This document shows, piece after piece, positions 24,301 to 36,401 of a stretch of DNA of 64,000 bases. Position 1 is the stretch's first letter. Each line of letters opens with the position of its first letter. Location of the stretch: contig NMRA01000554.1 in assembly GCA_002633005.1 (NCBI GenBank), positions 62,001 to 126,000 on the forward strand. The letters are read 5' to 3'. A model generated the notes under the pieces. The model made no database searches. It was not told where the DNA came from and saw only the letters and a list, made by a program, of their open reading frames with translations. This DNA is from Phoronis australis. Lineage: Eukaryota; Animalia; Phoronida. A program made the translations under genes and the position numbers.

Positions 24301-27300
24301 AGTGGTGTGTCCCATGTTGGGATTCGACGGTTTTTACACCGGAGACGTGGAACCAGTCCTGCGGTCAAACTGTCAAAGGCAACCGTCTCTTCATGAAAGG
24401 TCAAAATCTGCAGGTTTGGACGTTCTCCCTTCTATTGCGTGTAGCATGAAATGATGGACTTCTTAACTTGAAGTTGCTGAATCGTTTTTTATCATTTTGT
24501 GTTGGTTTTGAATTGTTTGAAATATACAAGATTTTGTGGGTTTTCATTAACTTTTAAATATATCCCACAAACACGCTGAGGTCATTGACATTTGATTGCC
24601 AACATTTCAGCATTTTCTGGGAGCAAATTTTCCGAGTTTTTTTTTTATAAAACGTGACTTTGAGAAACTTTGGTGTTCCCGAATCAAAGATCGTGATTCA
24701 TTTCGATTTAAAACGTACAGAAATTCGGTTTAATTTGAATTTCAACCGTCGTATTCACTCCAGCGTCTGAAAATAATTGTCGCTAGGACCCGATCACGTG
24801 TGTACACGGTAAATGACTCAAAAATGACCAAATTACGCTTCACGTAAACTCAAAAATTTATTCTACTTGATTAAGTCCTATAACTCTCATAAAAACGGCC
24901 TCGTGATAATCCTTACAGTGATATGAACGTGTTTCCAACAAAAACATACAAGAAGCAATAGGCAATTCAAGAAATCCAGGCTTCAGAGTTTTTAGGGATT
25001 GGCTAGTTCTAAAAGCGCAAATTGGAATTTGCCGGGCGCATGTACGCATTGCCTGCGACTTGAGTTGGTAACGGAAATGGAACCCTATCACGTTGAGGAA
25101 CGTTATGACATTGATTCCATAAGTGTAAAAGGTCAAGTTAGAGTTTTGTTTTAAGCAAGCTAAAATGGCGAGATGTAACGTTCAGTTTCGATTCGGAGGT
25201 CGGAGATTAGAACATGGGTTCTGGTCTTGGGGAAAATTTCCTCCTAATTAAGGCTTGCACATTCATCGACACGCTTCCGTGGCGCTTATTCGGAAATTCT
25301 ACATATTGCGAGTTTCGCATCTGTCTTATTCTGTTCGTGCTATCCCCGAGGCTGTATAAATACCTCATTTTTGCTCTCTCAACTTATCGACCGCGCGTAA
25401 TGCACCGCAGGTCGAGACATCATAATTACGAAGTGTATGTCAAACTGTCTAAAGTACATAACTTATAAAAACACTGTAATCTATCCACTACGTCCACCAA
25501 TATGTCTTCCCTAGTAGCGTAGATATGTCAGTGTTGCCTTCAATTGTTAGATGAGTCGCAATGATAAAAAGTGTGCAAGATGGCGCCATTACATAGCGAT
25601 TTGTTTTTTCTCAGGAGGTCGTTGACACGCTAACATGCGTGCGAAAACGTTCCCATGGCTTAGCTGATCCTCTAAGCGCCAGTCCCGAACCATCAGACAC
25701 CAAACCAGACCCGGGCCCCTGTACTCCGCACTCATATGGGCTGAGTGAGGTAACCAAACCCCGCCGAGTCCTTGGGAACTGAAACTCTGAGTCTCGAGGA
25801 CCAGTTCGGTGGACAACTAGGCCGGAATATGATCCACGGGACTGGAGTTTGGTCTCCGGGATTGGAGCTTTGGTCACCGGCATGGAGTATTTTCGGCGCG
25901 TGTGTGGAGTTTAGGATACAGTTGATGCCGGAATCTCACTTCCATTGGGGTGGAATTTGGTCTGAGAATGAGAAGTGCGTGTCTGAGAATTATATACCGC
26001 GGTTGGTGTCTGAAATTCAGAGTCGCGGCCATGAAATCGTTTCCACTTCTCAGCGGTAGACGCAGAACTTTTTGAACAGGTGATCTGACTTTTGTGATTG
26101 CATCATTACAGGTTTTGAGAGCAAATCAATCGTAGTCTTTCGTTGTGTCCGGAAGCTTAAACATAAAATTCTCCAAAATCCACTCGTGTAGACTAGTGAG
26201 TGTATCGGCCGTACCACGCATTTAGCCAAATATCAAAAACAGCAGAATTCAGCACACTAAAGGTAATTATTTTCCGAAATACTTGGTTTTACCAATGCCT
26301 GAGCCAAATTACTCATCTACCATTACGTCATAACGTTTTTAATAAAATGACAGGATAATAAAACAATGCCATTTTTATCATTGAACATAAATTAATATTC
26401 AAGGTGAAATTACAAATATATTCTTAAAGTTTTCTTCATCATAAACTCTTTTCGCTTCATGCAATTTTTGAGATTTTTCGTAAAAATTATTTCTGAGATA
26501 TAATGTTCCGAAGGTGGCCCCACATAACTTTACGAAGAAGGCCCTTCAGGACCAAAATAAACGATTTAGGTCTTCGTGCTCACACAGTTTCTGAGTGTAC
26601 GATAGATGTCACTAGCGACAAGCGAGATGAAACATAACGGGGGCAACAGTCACCTGCACCAGCCAATTTGCGGTTTTCTATAACGAAAAACCTAATGGTT
26701 GACAAAGTACAGAACAATACGTAACGTAACCTTAGAGATCCTCGACTTATTGTAATTATTGTAATACTGCTCATGCATGTGCTTCATTATCCTATTCAGT
26801 TGAACACTGAAAATATGGGCAATTCACACCAATTTGCTGTCGATTACATGGCGTCCGACATCTCAGCGTCAAAAGAAATATAGCAAGCGAATTTCAGACT
26901 AGGGCGTTTATCAAAACTGGCAGACGTTTTCACATATTAGGCCATCTTGCCTGTCTGACCTTGAACAGCGACACATGGGTATTGGACTGCCCTAACAAGA
27001 AGTTATCCAATCTGAACTTAACACAGCTTCCGGCCGGTTTCGAGTAGGTAATCTTTGAAAGCCCTGTAAAGCGATTATATATCCCCGCATTCCGTCAAAG
27101 AAGCGAACTTTTGATTTAAACCACTTTCTGCCATCAATTTGTTTTCAACTTGTTCCTTGCCCTGATGACAAATGATTTCTGAGCTGGCAAAGAAGTGGCA
27201 CTGAGCGATATTTCTGGACACAAAATTGTACTCTGCGCCTAGAAATGCGACACCATGACAAATCAACTTAGCGCGCGTAGTCTCCAAGCAATGGCGAGCT

Positions 27301-30300
27301 GTTATAGTTCTCAGTTTCCAAACCCTGAAAGCACGAATCATTTGGTAAAGGAACCGTAGTTTGAGGCCGGTTTTGCGATCCGTGCTTAAAACAAAGTTAA
27401 AGCTGTTTATGTTAAAAAGCACGTGAAAGACCCCATATGTTTTAGTCTCTATCTAAATACAGACAAATGGCACACAATATACTTACCGCTTTGAACTGTT
27501 TGGGCGGAAGTTTCGCTTAAGTTTATGTAAGACCCTAGGAAAATGTCCAAATTTGCCTAAATTTGGAACATCATATCTCATAGATGACCGTCGGATTCAT
27601 GTGAAACTTTCAGTGCTATGCTTTAAACATTGTTTTCCAAAGAAGTATTAGGAAGTACTTTCAAAATGAACGTTTTTGGCAAAATTTCATCTTGCTATTG
27701 ATGCCGCTGTTTTGGTATCAATGTGCCTTAACTTTTTGCTAAATTTTACTAACAAGGGCAACGCGCAACGCTGAAATGCACCCATGACATCACTGCAAAC
27801 TGTATGCTTTTAGGGGTGTTTATTAATATAAAGATGGCAACTTGATGACAAAAAATACGCAAAACCCACATCAGGTGTCGTCGCCTCCCTTATAGAAAAC
27901 TATTTACCAAATGTCATCAAAAATCGCCAAGGAACTCCAAAAATGAGGCAAATCTGAAAAAGCAACTTGTCGTTAGGAGACACAGTGGTAATCGAATCCA
28001 TCCAACTGTTGGAATACGCTTGGCGAATTTCTAAAAGATCTTGCTAGTTTCACAATGATCCTTTCACCCGTTTGGCGTATAAAAAGGGCGGACACCAAAA
28101 ACAGACTCGAAATAATAAAAATGGTAAATAGTTGGTGTAGACTACGTCGAATCTATTCCACTGAAAATGAACAGGCATCGTTTTCCTTTTAATAGAAACT
28201 TACTTTTCAAATTTCACAAAAAAATAATGAATTCCCAACATACAGAGGCAAACTAAACTCAACTAAAAACCCACTGAGCCAAAGCGGTCTGAAACCTGTG
28301 GCCATCAGTTGTTAACTCTTTACAGGGAATTTCCGAAAGTAGGCTCATAAAAAATGCACCCATGGGGAAATGTTTGGAAAGTTTTCCAAAAAGTACGCCC
28401 TTGGGCATATTTAGGGTAACTGTTTGCATGTTTTGAAAATGCGATGAATTGTTCTAAAGTAATGATGTAATATGTTTTGATGCATAAGATTTTGTTTATT
28501 TTGGCAAGACATTATATCTTGGGATCGCGATTTCACTCAAATAATCATCATTTAACGAGATATTGGATGACTTTGTTGGTAACTAACCGTATTAGTACAG
28601 TATGACGGACTGTTTTAACTGATGGCACAGTCTCCGAAATTATGCCCTTTTTCTGAAAATACGCCCGGGCGTACATTTGGTTTCATTTGGTGTTTTTGAA
28701 AGGTCGTTTTCCGAATTTCCGCCCATGGGCCTATTTTCGGAAATTCCCGTTAGGAACACATCTGCGAATTTCACAAAGATCCTGGAAAGCTGCATGTGCA
28801 AATTCGCCACACATGGGCGGGGCACAATAGGGGACTGGAGGGGCTATAGCCCCCCCCCCCACTTATTTCATTGCTGCGCAGCCCATCACTAGGAGGTGCC
28901 AGATGAGTCGAACACACCCAAAATTCGACAGTAGCCGGCCGGCCTTCTTCTCAGGAACACATTTGCCAATTTATATAACAATCCTTTTTGCGGTTTGGCG
29001 GAGAGAGACGGGCACAAAAAAGTGACCCGCAAATATAAAATGGCCATTAGTGGTACAGAAAACGTTAGATCCGTCCAAAAAATGGGAGTGTAACAATGCA
29101 TTCACAGGGTTTAGTTTTAAAAAATAAAACCTGTGTAACGATTTTAACCAATCCTCGTTCTGTCACCTGCTAATACATCATTGGCATCAATCTCTTAATA
29201 CAAAAGCAGAAATCAACTACAAACTCATACCTCCTATTTCACAAATTGAAGCGTAGGTCATCTTACCCGTTTAGCAGACTTAGAAAAGAGTTTTCAAATT
29301 TTCCTTCCAATTCCTGAGGGTTGTCGAGGGTTGCAGAGCATTCGTTTCAGAACGGGACGGGAAAGTACCGGTAGTTTCCAATATCTATTAATAGGCCAAG
29401 CGTGGTTTTGGTAATATGTGGGCGCATAAAAAGATATGGAAACGTGACCTAGTTAATAGCACATGGGTAAAAAGTCAAAAATCAAATTCTACAAGCTTTC
29501 GATTTTCAGAAAATATTATAGTTTTGTAGATATTTGTCCAAATGATAATACATACCGTGGATAATACGCGTACAAGGAAGTTACGCATTTCTAAAGATAT
29601 GCGGGAATTTTCACCGCTCGTCCTTCTGAGCGGCTTTTACCAGGACCAAAGGGAGCGCGGCGCCGTAGTCAGGTAAAGTTGTGATGACCGCATTGTACGA
29701 TACGAGCACGACCCAATTAAATGTAATTACCCGACCATAAACTGTATTGAACATCTCTGACTGTACATAATGGCGAATTTTGAAAAGGCATTGACCACTA
29801 ATTTTCGTTAAAAACAACACCACGTCGGTATTCAGCTGGAAAAAAGCAACCAAGTACGGTTTTCGATTTTTAAAAATCGATGAACTAATAATCTAAAAAC
29901 TGCAACCATTGGGTACGATTGAATATAAACTACCGCGCGTATTGGTATACTCTGTGGATATGTACAAACGCTGATCAGAGTTAACAATATCACATGGATT
30001 CATTTTTAATATTCTTTCAATCTCGTTTAACCAGATTTTTGACCAGAAAACAGTTGTACTTAACTTGTGCCCACTTTTCATTTTTTTATTACTGACAAAC
30101 AGCCAGAATAGTTACATAGTCAGTGCCACCGAAATTGTCCTGAGATTCCAAATCTTCAGTTTGGTTATCACCATATTTGCAAACAAGTGGGCATTAAAAA
30201 TTAAATAACGAAAACCAATACGAAACATACCGTTCCTTTGGGAAGTGGCCCTTTGTGAAGATAAACACAAGTTAACCTTTTTAGTCATTTTGTAATATTT

Positions 30301-30812
30301 ATAATGTACCAAGTTAAAACTACTCTCCAGAGTTGTAGACTGTAACTCTGCAAATGTCAGAGAAAACCAAATTGGGGGTACTAACAACAACAATTGTTGA
30401 GACAGTAATGCTAGCTATTACCTTTCCACTTCATTAGCTCAGATCTACATTAATACAAAGGGCGTGCTAACTACTTAGGCATCGCAAAGGTTGTCTAGGG
30501 CAAAGGGAATCTGAGCGGTGACCAGTATAAGCGAGAAATTCTCTACCTGAAACTTAAGTTGAAAAATGTCAACAAATTGCTACGACTTGTATACGGAGGT
30601 ACATTTCTTTCGTCGGAAAGTTATTAATAATAATCAATATGTCTTTTCTAGATGACATACTGGGACGAGAAAGCATCAAGCGACCATCAAGTCTTCAAAT
30701 TCTGCCCAATCCATATCAGCTACCGCTGAGTAGGAGACCTGGTAGTATGAACGTCATACCAGAAACTTCAAAGCGTTCCAGCGTCATAGCCGACGAAATA
30801 GAATCACTTTAA
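9302..30812 (+). CDS. PRR5: Proline-rich protein 5 / PRR5-like (Protor; HbrB-domain mTORC2 subunit), 8 coding exons, about 300 aa
   Basis: Exons 9302-9447, 18298-18427, 18752-18809, 19336-19427, 20089-20164, 22440-22504, 24239-24413, 30652-30812. All are GT-AG and phase-consistent (903 nt). Peptides VVVGLFQRKALP..DIRALLKTDIG, NQLIKKGMVILRE, LWDEFFTDILPTLEAIF, LSIRQLTLKSFRD, VPPSITQMFLVL, ENYMRLERLAARVVCPMLG and RSKSADDIL match, in order, the vertebrate PRR5 sequence as I recall it. The first exon is the least certain, and PRR5 versus PRR5L cannot be resolved. Confidence 0.9.
12200..14130 (+). mobile_element. Old, degenerate Penelope-like retroelement relic in PRR5 intron 1
   Basis: About 13190-13310 translates to LTANIYRKLTDSNSYLHFDS (PLE RT C-terminal motif YRKPTD..SYLHF.S). 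ORF 13666-13878 contains PVAEHFTSHDH (GIY-YIG region). A CTGATGA hammerhead-core remnant lies at 14087-14093. Many stops and frameshifts; left boundary approximate. Confidence 0.7.
15781..15923 (+). pseudogene. 5' remnant of Kolobok accessory gene (KolX / P2X7 C-terminal-like)
   Basis: Frameshifted translation NPDEDFTGHPVS / YQFEPECTDQEILERRREHTQATERMD aligns with DEEFFHGHSVGGYMFEPE...ATEDRRGD of the second Kolobok copy. Confidence 0.7.
15951..15998 (-). ncRNA. Second copy of the hammerhead ribozyme in the inverted arm
   Basis: Reverse complement of 17077-17124. Confidence 0.75.
16679..16996 (+). CDS. GIY-YIG endonuclease domain, C-terminus of the Penelope-like ORF (partial; 5' part in gap)
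   Basis: VVYKFICAGCGSSYIGETVRHLKTRTKEH...ELKIREALHI...KPNLNRQ is the PLE GIY-YIG signature and is open to the stop at 16996. An inverted partial copy lies at 16079-16355 (-). Confidence 0.85.
   Translation: MSMGLRSKVVYKFICAGCGSSYIGETVRHLKTRTKEHLNSDSNSHVNIHLQSSNHCYQQCSFNDFAIIDQAVTTKELKIREALHISWCKPNLNRQLTHHRLSLLV
17077..17124 (+). ncRNA. Minimal type I hammerhead ribozyme in the PLE pLTR
   Basis: GACTT-CTGAGGA-T-GGTGT(loop)ACACC-GAAA-CATG-TC^AAGTT. It has the CUGANGA and GAAA cores, stem II GGTGT/ACACC, a short palindromic stem III (ACATGT), a GUC cleavage triplet and stem I ACTT/AAGT. Confidence 0.8.
17180..17390 (-). pseudogene. THAP zinc-finger remnant of the Kolobok copy 1 transposase
   Basis: The minus strand translates to AGISFF/LPREPEMLRKWLAVVKNEKYALNSKYEAMKHLRVCGRHFVDTNF, with the THAP P, W and CxxHF signature. 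It is frameshifted and its N-terminus is lost. Not in the ORF track. Confidence 0.8.
20489..21270 (+). pseudogene. N-terminal part of Kolobok transposase (THAP domain plus Cys/His motif); catalytic DDE core deleted
   Basis: MPHCCCVPGCTN...LHRFP...TW...NYRVCGKHF...LKQDAIPS forms a complete THAP signature across a frameshift. A Ser-rich linker follows, then KFIVDLSKVLELFRRCQVCG...WECVAGHSGKWDS. Two frameshifts (ORFs 20489, 20593, 20852). Confidence 0.85.
21270..21556 (-). pseudogene. N-terminal part of Kolobok accessory protein KolX (homologous to the Cys-rich P2X7 cytoplasmic 'ballast' domain)
   Basis: GYMFEPE...RRGDTSWCKCTVCVVMPTSMECLCCSE matches the YxFEP and WCxCxxCxxM....ECxCC motif of P2RX7-C-like proteins. 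The ATG at 21556 is out of frame with the main ORF, and the 3' end is truncated. Confidence 0.8.
23278..23590. mobile_element. 313-bp MITE with 10-bp TSD (Mutator/MULE-like)
   Basis: Direct repeat TGATTTAGTC at 23268-23277 and 23591-23600. TIRs CTCGCTGGTTCCCTACGTGCC..TAGCCAGCACGCAGGTATCAC and their reverse complement; the left arm has a 13-bp deletion. Confidence 0.85.
25612..26052. mobile_element. Degenerate MITE (hAT-like CAGGAGGT terminus), same family as 31966-32308
   Basis: Shares the blocks TGGAGTTTGGTCT, TTTGGTCACC, TTCGGCGCG..TGTG.AGTTTAGG and AATCGTTTCCAC with the copy at 31966-32308. Confidence 0.55.
28323..28750. mobile_element. TA-flanked TIR element (Tc1/pogo-like MITE)
   Basis: GGGAATTTCCGAAAGTAGGCTCAT at the left versus ATGGGCCTATTTTCGGAAATTCCC at the right, with TA on both flanks. 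Confidence 0.65.
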
Positions 30813-31965
30813 CTCGATGTCATCTTCGATGCAAGTGACGTAGCTTGTGGTCCTGTAGTTTTCTACGCCACACTGAGGATAGACGAGAAAAGAAACATTT
30901 GGATGGGACCCCAGTCGTTGGAAGTTCTATAGAAGGCCACTCTTTAGTCGAGTAAGGTAAATAGGCCTACACGCCTCCATCTCGGTCTTTCACAAACAGT
31001 GCACAATCCACATTTCCGGACCAGGCACGTGTTACTGAAATCCGTTGTTTCATCTCATGGCAAACATTCAATGCAGTGAGAAAAGGAAGACGTCCGTACC
31101 CTCTTCTACGCGCGAGTTTCTCCACCATCTTGAATATGTAATGGTAGGCGGAGTAAACACGTGCATCACCGGGGTCAATGGACAGGACAACAAGATATGT
31201 TTAAACCTATAATTTTCGGAGACTATCAATTTGATTAAAGGTTGCAATCATACCATTCTCAAAATATCAAATATTACCGCAAACTCTGATAGCCACGTAT
31301 ACTCAAATTTGGGATGCATTTAAAAATGCCGAAGACAGTATTATCCACTAATTTGCATGGCCAGCCACGTTTTCACAAAGTCCACCCACGGTCAGTATTC
31401 ATACAAGGAAAAAACGAATCTTTGAATCTGTGTTAATTCAGCACGTTGATAAGGCAGCAATAAGAATTGTTAATCTTGATGCACTCCATCTGTTGGTCAA
31501 AGTACGTGATCTATATGGCGTGTACGCGTGAAAAACAACCCCGCTGGGTGACATTAGTTATTATCAGATTCTGTATTGGCCATTTACCCCCTAGGTGAAG
31601 AGAAATCTTCATTTCATTGCAAACAACCAGAGAAAGATTGCTTGTGACATGCACACCATAGCCACCTAACCAACAATGTGATGTGTAAGTTTAGCTTATT
31701 AAGCTGAAAGTCGTCCCCTCACTGTGCTACTAATGTTATCTTTCGCGCTTTTGTTTATAGCGTGACTATTTTGTGCTCATAAACAATAACAACTTAGGCG
31801 TACGCGGTAGCCGGGAAAAAAGTTGCTAGAGAGTATCGGGAACGGAGATTTTTTTTCTTCTGACGAGCGCGTGTGTAGGCCTAGTGTGTGAGCTTTGAGT
31901 CCGTCAAAATGTAACTGTGAAATTGCGGAGAAACATTTATTTAGTGGTTATTTAGTGGTAAATAT

Positions 31966-32308
31966 CAGGGGTGGGAACAGCCAGTTTCATGCATGTGCCT
32001 CTGGAAATTCCGACTTGGATCAGGCTCTAAATCATAGTCCCGGACCAGCAAACATCTACTCCCGAACCCGAGGCAGAAATTCCACACCCGCGCCCTAGGT
32101 AAACTGCAGACACTCCTCTCCCGGCCCGCAATCCGCCGGCATGGAGTTTGGTCTTGGGGCAAAGAATTTGGTCACCAGTAAAGAGTTTCTTCGGCGCGCA
32201 TGTGCAGTTTAGGGGTGCTGGAATATAATTTGTTCCGCAGGTTTATTGCTTGTGCTGGTCTAAGACTGGAATTTGCGGGCGTGGTAATGGAATCGTTTCC
32301 ACCTCCTG
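31966..32308. mobile_element. Degenerate hAT-like MITE
   Basis: Termini CAGGGGTGGGAAC / GTTTCCACCTCCTG, and internal similarity to 25612-26052. TSD not clear. Confidence 0.6.
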
Positions 32309-33639
32309 ATGTTTATCACCATGATATTTTACTGGGAAGCACTCTATCAGTTTCCCGGGACAGTGTTCCGAAACGCAATAAATAGGACAAGATACAGGCA
32401 CCGGGGTCTTACACTTATATTTCGATTTCGCACACAAGTAGAACGGAAATGGTAAAAATGATTTAGAATTCCATAGCTCGGATCGAGATTATACCCTAGT
32501 CCGGGGGCGAATCTGTGAGTTTTAGTTTGAGAGTGTCAAACGTAATTTGCCCAATTTCCTCGAACCCTAGGCCTAAGTTGTGTGTTCAGATAAGGTGAAT
32601 GCGGAAGGGCAACTGAGCAGACGCGTTGATTTTTCAGGAGTATTATCCTTCCTGAAGCCGTTTTTGTCAATTTGACACGTTTAACTAACTATAAAAGGCA
32701 GTAGTGAAATTTTTTAGTTAATTTCTATAAAAACGAAATTTTCTGAAACCGGAAGTGGTGAGAAGGTTAGCAAGTTCACGGTAAACGTCACGTGTCCCGA
32801 TTTTACAGCGTAGTTACTCCAGCCGCCTGCACATGTGGGCATTTTGGGTATCTGTAGGCCTACTGTATGTCAACCCAACCACCAGAACGCAAAGTCATGG
32901 TATTTAATAGTCTTGACCAATTTTGAGTAGGGGCTCCAATATCCCCGGGTTGCTGTAGTGACTTACCACATGTGACAGAGTTCCACTCTATTCCGTGTTA
33001 CACGCCTACACGAGCATTGTTAAAAAGGACTTTGAAATAAAAGGTGATTCAGCAGTGATGCCCTCCGGGCAAGTAATTTTTTCATAAGAGCAAGTGAAAT
33101 TCAAGGTTTACTTGCCTGACTGGCAAGTTGTAAAAAAGTTAATGTCAAGACAAACTTTTGTGTCATTGCAGCAGTGTTCCCTCGAACGTTGTATTTACTT
33201 TCTTTTCTACTTCGGCTAAAAATATTTTGGTACTTTGCCATTGGTAATTTTCGAGTAAAAGGAATTTTAGTAAACCTATGGCGCATCTCAATCATCGACT
33301 GACGATACGTTACATGATGAAAATCCAAAGCTGAGGTTCAATCTTTTGTTCTTTTGTTTGCAAACAATTCTACCAGTGTAGAAAGATTTTTCAAAAATAC
33401 TTGACGCTAGGTTCTATCTGCGATGAAATAGTTTCGTTTAATTACTGCATGGAGACGTCGATCAGGAAATGTGTCTGTTTCTCTATGGTTAGAGAAGTTT
33501 TGTTTTTCATGACCATACACACACGCACACGCACACCACCAGAGTGTTACGCCCCTGACAACCCCCCCCCCCCCTCCACCCCCAACAGAAGTTACGCCCC
33601 TGATCGCAACAGCCGTGAATGAGATACAATGCTATTTCA

Positions 33640-33745
33640 GGAGACAGTGCGGCCTGAGATAAGTGTCCACTACCTTTACTCAAGGTCATGGATTCGAGTC
33701 CTACTTGGGCACACTGCGAAGTCCTTGAGTCAGGTTTCTAGCACC
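33640..33745 (+). mobile_element. Degenerate tRNA-derived SINE head
   Basis: An A-box-like GTGCGGCCTGAGATAA and a B-box-like GGATTCGAGTCC at tRNA-like spacing, followed by GTCCTTGAG resembling a SINE core. No intact cloverleaf. Confidence 0.45.
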
Positions 33746-34467
33746 TCAGATCGGTTTCACTAAAAATTAATAAAGCATAAAAATTGTTCCAGGTGATCAG
33801 TACATTGGGACCACTTGAACGGCCTGCGCACGTCTGGTACAACATGTACCAGACCACCTGCAATAATTCCGTTACTACATTTTTTTACTTTTGCTTTTGA
33901 TATGAGGTACAATGTTTAAACAACCTTTTTCTCTTTGTTTTTGAAACGGCACCAGTTGATGCTATGGAAAACCATGTGTTATTGCTGCTTTCAATATGTA
34001 GACAATAAGCTCTGTTACTTCAATCTGTCAACAGTGAAGAGGCCATGATGACCCTAATAAGTAAATTAGACTATATAAAGCTGAATCTCCTGCCCACGTT
34101 TGAAAAGCATGGACAGCATTTTCCAAGGCGACTATCGCTTACTCGGTAATACGCTGGATGGTACTTTTGAGCGTAAAGTTATTTTTTGTCATGATGAGGG
34201 AGCACTTGTGTCACGTTTTGTATGGCTATGTAACCCAATTTTATTTGTCAGTTCTCATGGAATGTCAAAGAAGCGAAACATCATNNNNNNNNNNNNNNNN
34301 NNNNNNNNNNNNNNNNNNNNNNNNNNNNNNNNNNNNNNNNNNNNNNNNNNNNNNNNNNNNNNNNNNNNNNNNNNNNNNNNNNNNNNNNNNNNNNNNNNNN
34401 NNNNNNNNNNNNNNNNNNNNNNNNNNNNNNNNNNNNNNNNNNNNNNNNNNNNNNNNNNNNNNNNNNN

Positions 34468-34544
34468 CCTATATTAATATAGGGGGCCCCGCCCTCCGGC
34501 CTCCTTTCAGCGAGGCCCCCTATATTAATATAGGGGGCCTCGCT
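34468..34544. repeat. Perfect 36-bp palindrome plus partial second copy abutting an assembly gap
   Basis: AGCGAGGCCCCC-TATATTAATATA-GGGGGCCTCGCT at 34509-34544. CCTATATTAATATAGGGGGCC is repeated from 34468. Confidence 0.9.
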
Positions 34545-34763
34545 TTTGAGGACCGAAATTCAATTTTTTGCCTATGTCATTTTAATAAGAATAAGTCATT
34601 TTAAATAATAAGCTGTTTCTTGAATTTTCGCCACTTTGGGATTTCTGTCTAGGAAAAACCACTGGCGTGACAATATTGCACAACCTCCTTAGTCCATTAT
34701 ATTCGTATTGTACACAAGCCAGTCGGGAAACAAAAGTGCCACTAGAGGATTCACGTGGTCATC

Positions 34764-35474
34764 TCAGTTTACAGTACTAAACCAGCATTTCCATTTGTAA
34801 CTCAAAGTAAAGCCAAAGGAAAATGGATACCGTCTTTTCAAAACATTCGTCACGTTCCTAGGAACTTTCACAAGTTGACCAGCGAATTGCCTCGTCTTTA
34901 ATGGCAGTACATCTGAAATGGGTACAGCATACCAACCCAAAAAACGACTAAATTTGGTCACCAATCCTTCTTCGAAACTGGCTGCATGACGACACAGATT
35001 TTGTCGATCGTTTTCACAGAACTTCCAACGAACCAAATCAGCCTGAAGGGGATAGCTTCTCAGTCGAGTTTTTACTTCGTATTCCACTACTATGACATTG
35101 CCCGACATACCAAAATCTTGTAGACGTTTTTTGAAAAAAATGTTAAACTGATTTTCATTATCATTTACCAGACGGCTTATGTCCACGTCACCGTCGTGTC
35201 GAAGTAAATCATTTCCTCTCCACAAACCAAGTAAAACTCCATAATCAAGCCAGTACGTCTGATTAGACTCCTCAAAAATCTGAACAATCGTTTTTACCAT
35301 GTGTCGTAATCCTTCAATCTTCGCCTCTTCCATTAAGCACTCGTCGTTGTAGTATCCTATGAAGAGAGGCAACAACAGGAAATGGCACAAGAAGGCGATT
35401 AGCAACAGCAATATCAACGCTTTCTTCGGATTCAGTCTGGACCTATTTACACTAGAGAACGCGCAAAGAGGCAT
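34764..35474 (-). CDS. LicD/fukutin-family nucleotidyltransferase-fold protein (FKRP/FKTN-like), type II membrane, 236 aa, no intron in the CDS
   Basis: Uninterrupted ORF whose first ATG is at 35474 (MPLCAF...). It has a hydrophobic anchor ALILLLLIAFLCHFLLLPLFIGY, the LicD motif YWLDYGVLLGLWR...LLRHDGDVD (DxD), and a C-terminal VLPLK...F.GQLVKVPRN...L...Y typical of the family. Confidence 0.9.
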   Translation of the reverse strand: MPLCAFSSVNRSRLNPKKALILLLLIAFLCHFLLLPLFIGYYNDECLMEEAKIEGLRHMVKTIVQIFEESNQTYWLDYGVLLGLWRGNDLLRHDGDVDISRLVNDNENQFNIFFKKRLQDFGMSGNVIVVEYEVKTRLRSYPLQADLVRWKFCENDRQNLCRHAASFEEGLVTKFSRFLGWYAVPISDVLPLKTRQFAGQLVKVPRNVTNVLKRRYPFSFGFTLSYKWKCWFSTVN

Positions 35475-35924
35475 GCCGGGGAAACTACAGCTTCTCACGC
35501 ATATATTGATGCTCCCAGTGAGATCATACGTAGCTACACAGCATTCACTCGACAACCAATTGGTCGATGTAGGACTCGGCGACAGACACTTGAGTAGATT
35601 ATAATCAGCACTAACAAGACTCTAAGAAGTCAACTCAGCCTCGTTAGATTAACACCTGGTCGAGTGGGTCGCGCAGATCGTGCTTTATTCTGCTAACCAG
35701 GTTATATAAGCAGCAGCTCAGCTATTGTCCATTCGCAACAAGTGGAGCCTTGCAACTACATGTTCGTTACAGCTAAATCTGGCTTCTATAGCAACTAATT
35801 GGTCAACGATCAGCGCCCGGTCAAAAGTAGCTTATGATACGAGCGCAACGCTATTCGAGGCCCCGCGCTCACAACGTTTTTAGACTGAGGCGTCATAAAC
35901 GTATACGCACACGTGCAAATACTA

Positions 35925-36281
35925 TACCTAAACTACACGGTCAAGGGACTCATAAACACGACTCACGGACCTGCAAACACCGTCCACTGACTCACAAACA
36001 CGGTAACGGACTCACAAAACACCATCCACGCACCCAAATACACGGACTCGTATTCACGAGGAAACACGGTTAACGGACCGCCACACACGGGTCACGGACA
36101 AAAGGAAGATGCCAGCTGACTCAGGAAGCCAATGAGTCCGTGTCCCCCGTACTTTTGCGTGGATCGTGTTTTGTGAGTCCGTTCCCGTGTTTGTGAGTCA
36201 GTGGACGGTGTTTGCAGGTCCGTGAGTCGTGTTCATGCGTACGTGCCCGTGTTTATGAGTCCGTTGACCGTAGTTTAGGTA
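35925..36281. mobile_element. MITE with about 110-bp TIRs built of CACGGACTCAC-like subrepeats
   Basis: TACCTAAACTAC..GGTCAA.GGACTCATAAACACG...GACTCACGGACCTGCAAACACCGTCCACTGACTCACAAACACGG is mirrored at about 36157-36281, with TA at both ends. Confidence 0.8.
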
Positions 36282-36401
36282 CCTAATTGTTTATTATGGG
36301 GACTACCTTCGAAAGTAATAGCGAAGTGGGGCGTATCACGCGTAGACGCGCTGTACATCACATATTCATTCCCAATGTAAAATTCCAGGCTTAATATGAT
36401 A

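Noticed and set aside
33640-33720. tRNA gene
   Set aside because: A/B-box-like motifs are present but there is no acceptor stem or cloverleaf; better explained as a SINE relic.
35925-36281. CRISPR-like short repeats
   Set aside because: The context is eukaryotic and the repeats are irregular subunits of inverted terminal repeats with no unique spacers.
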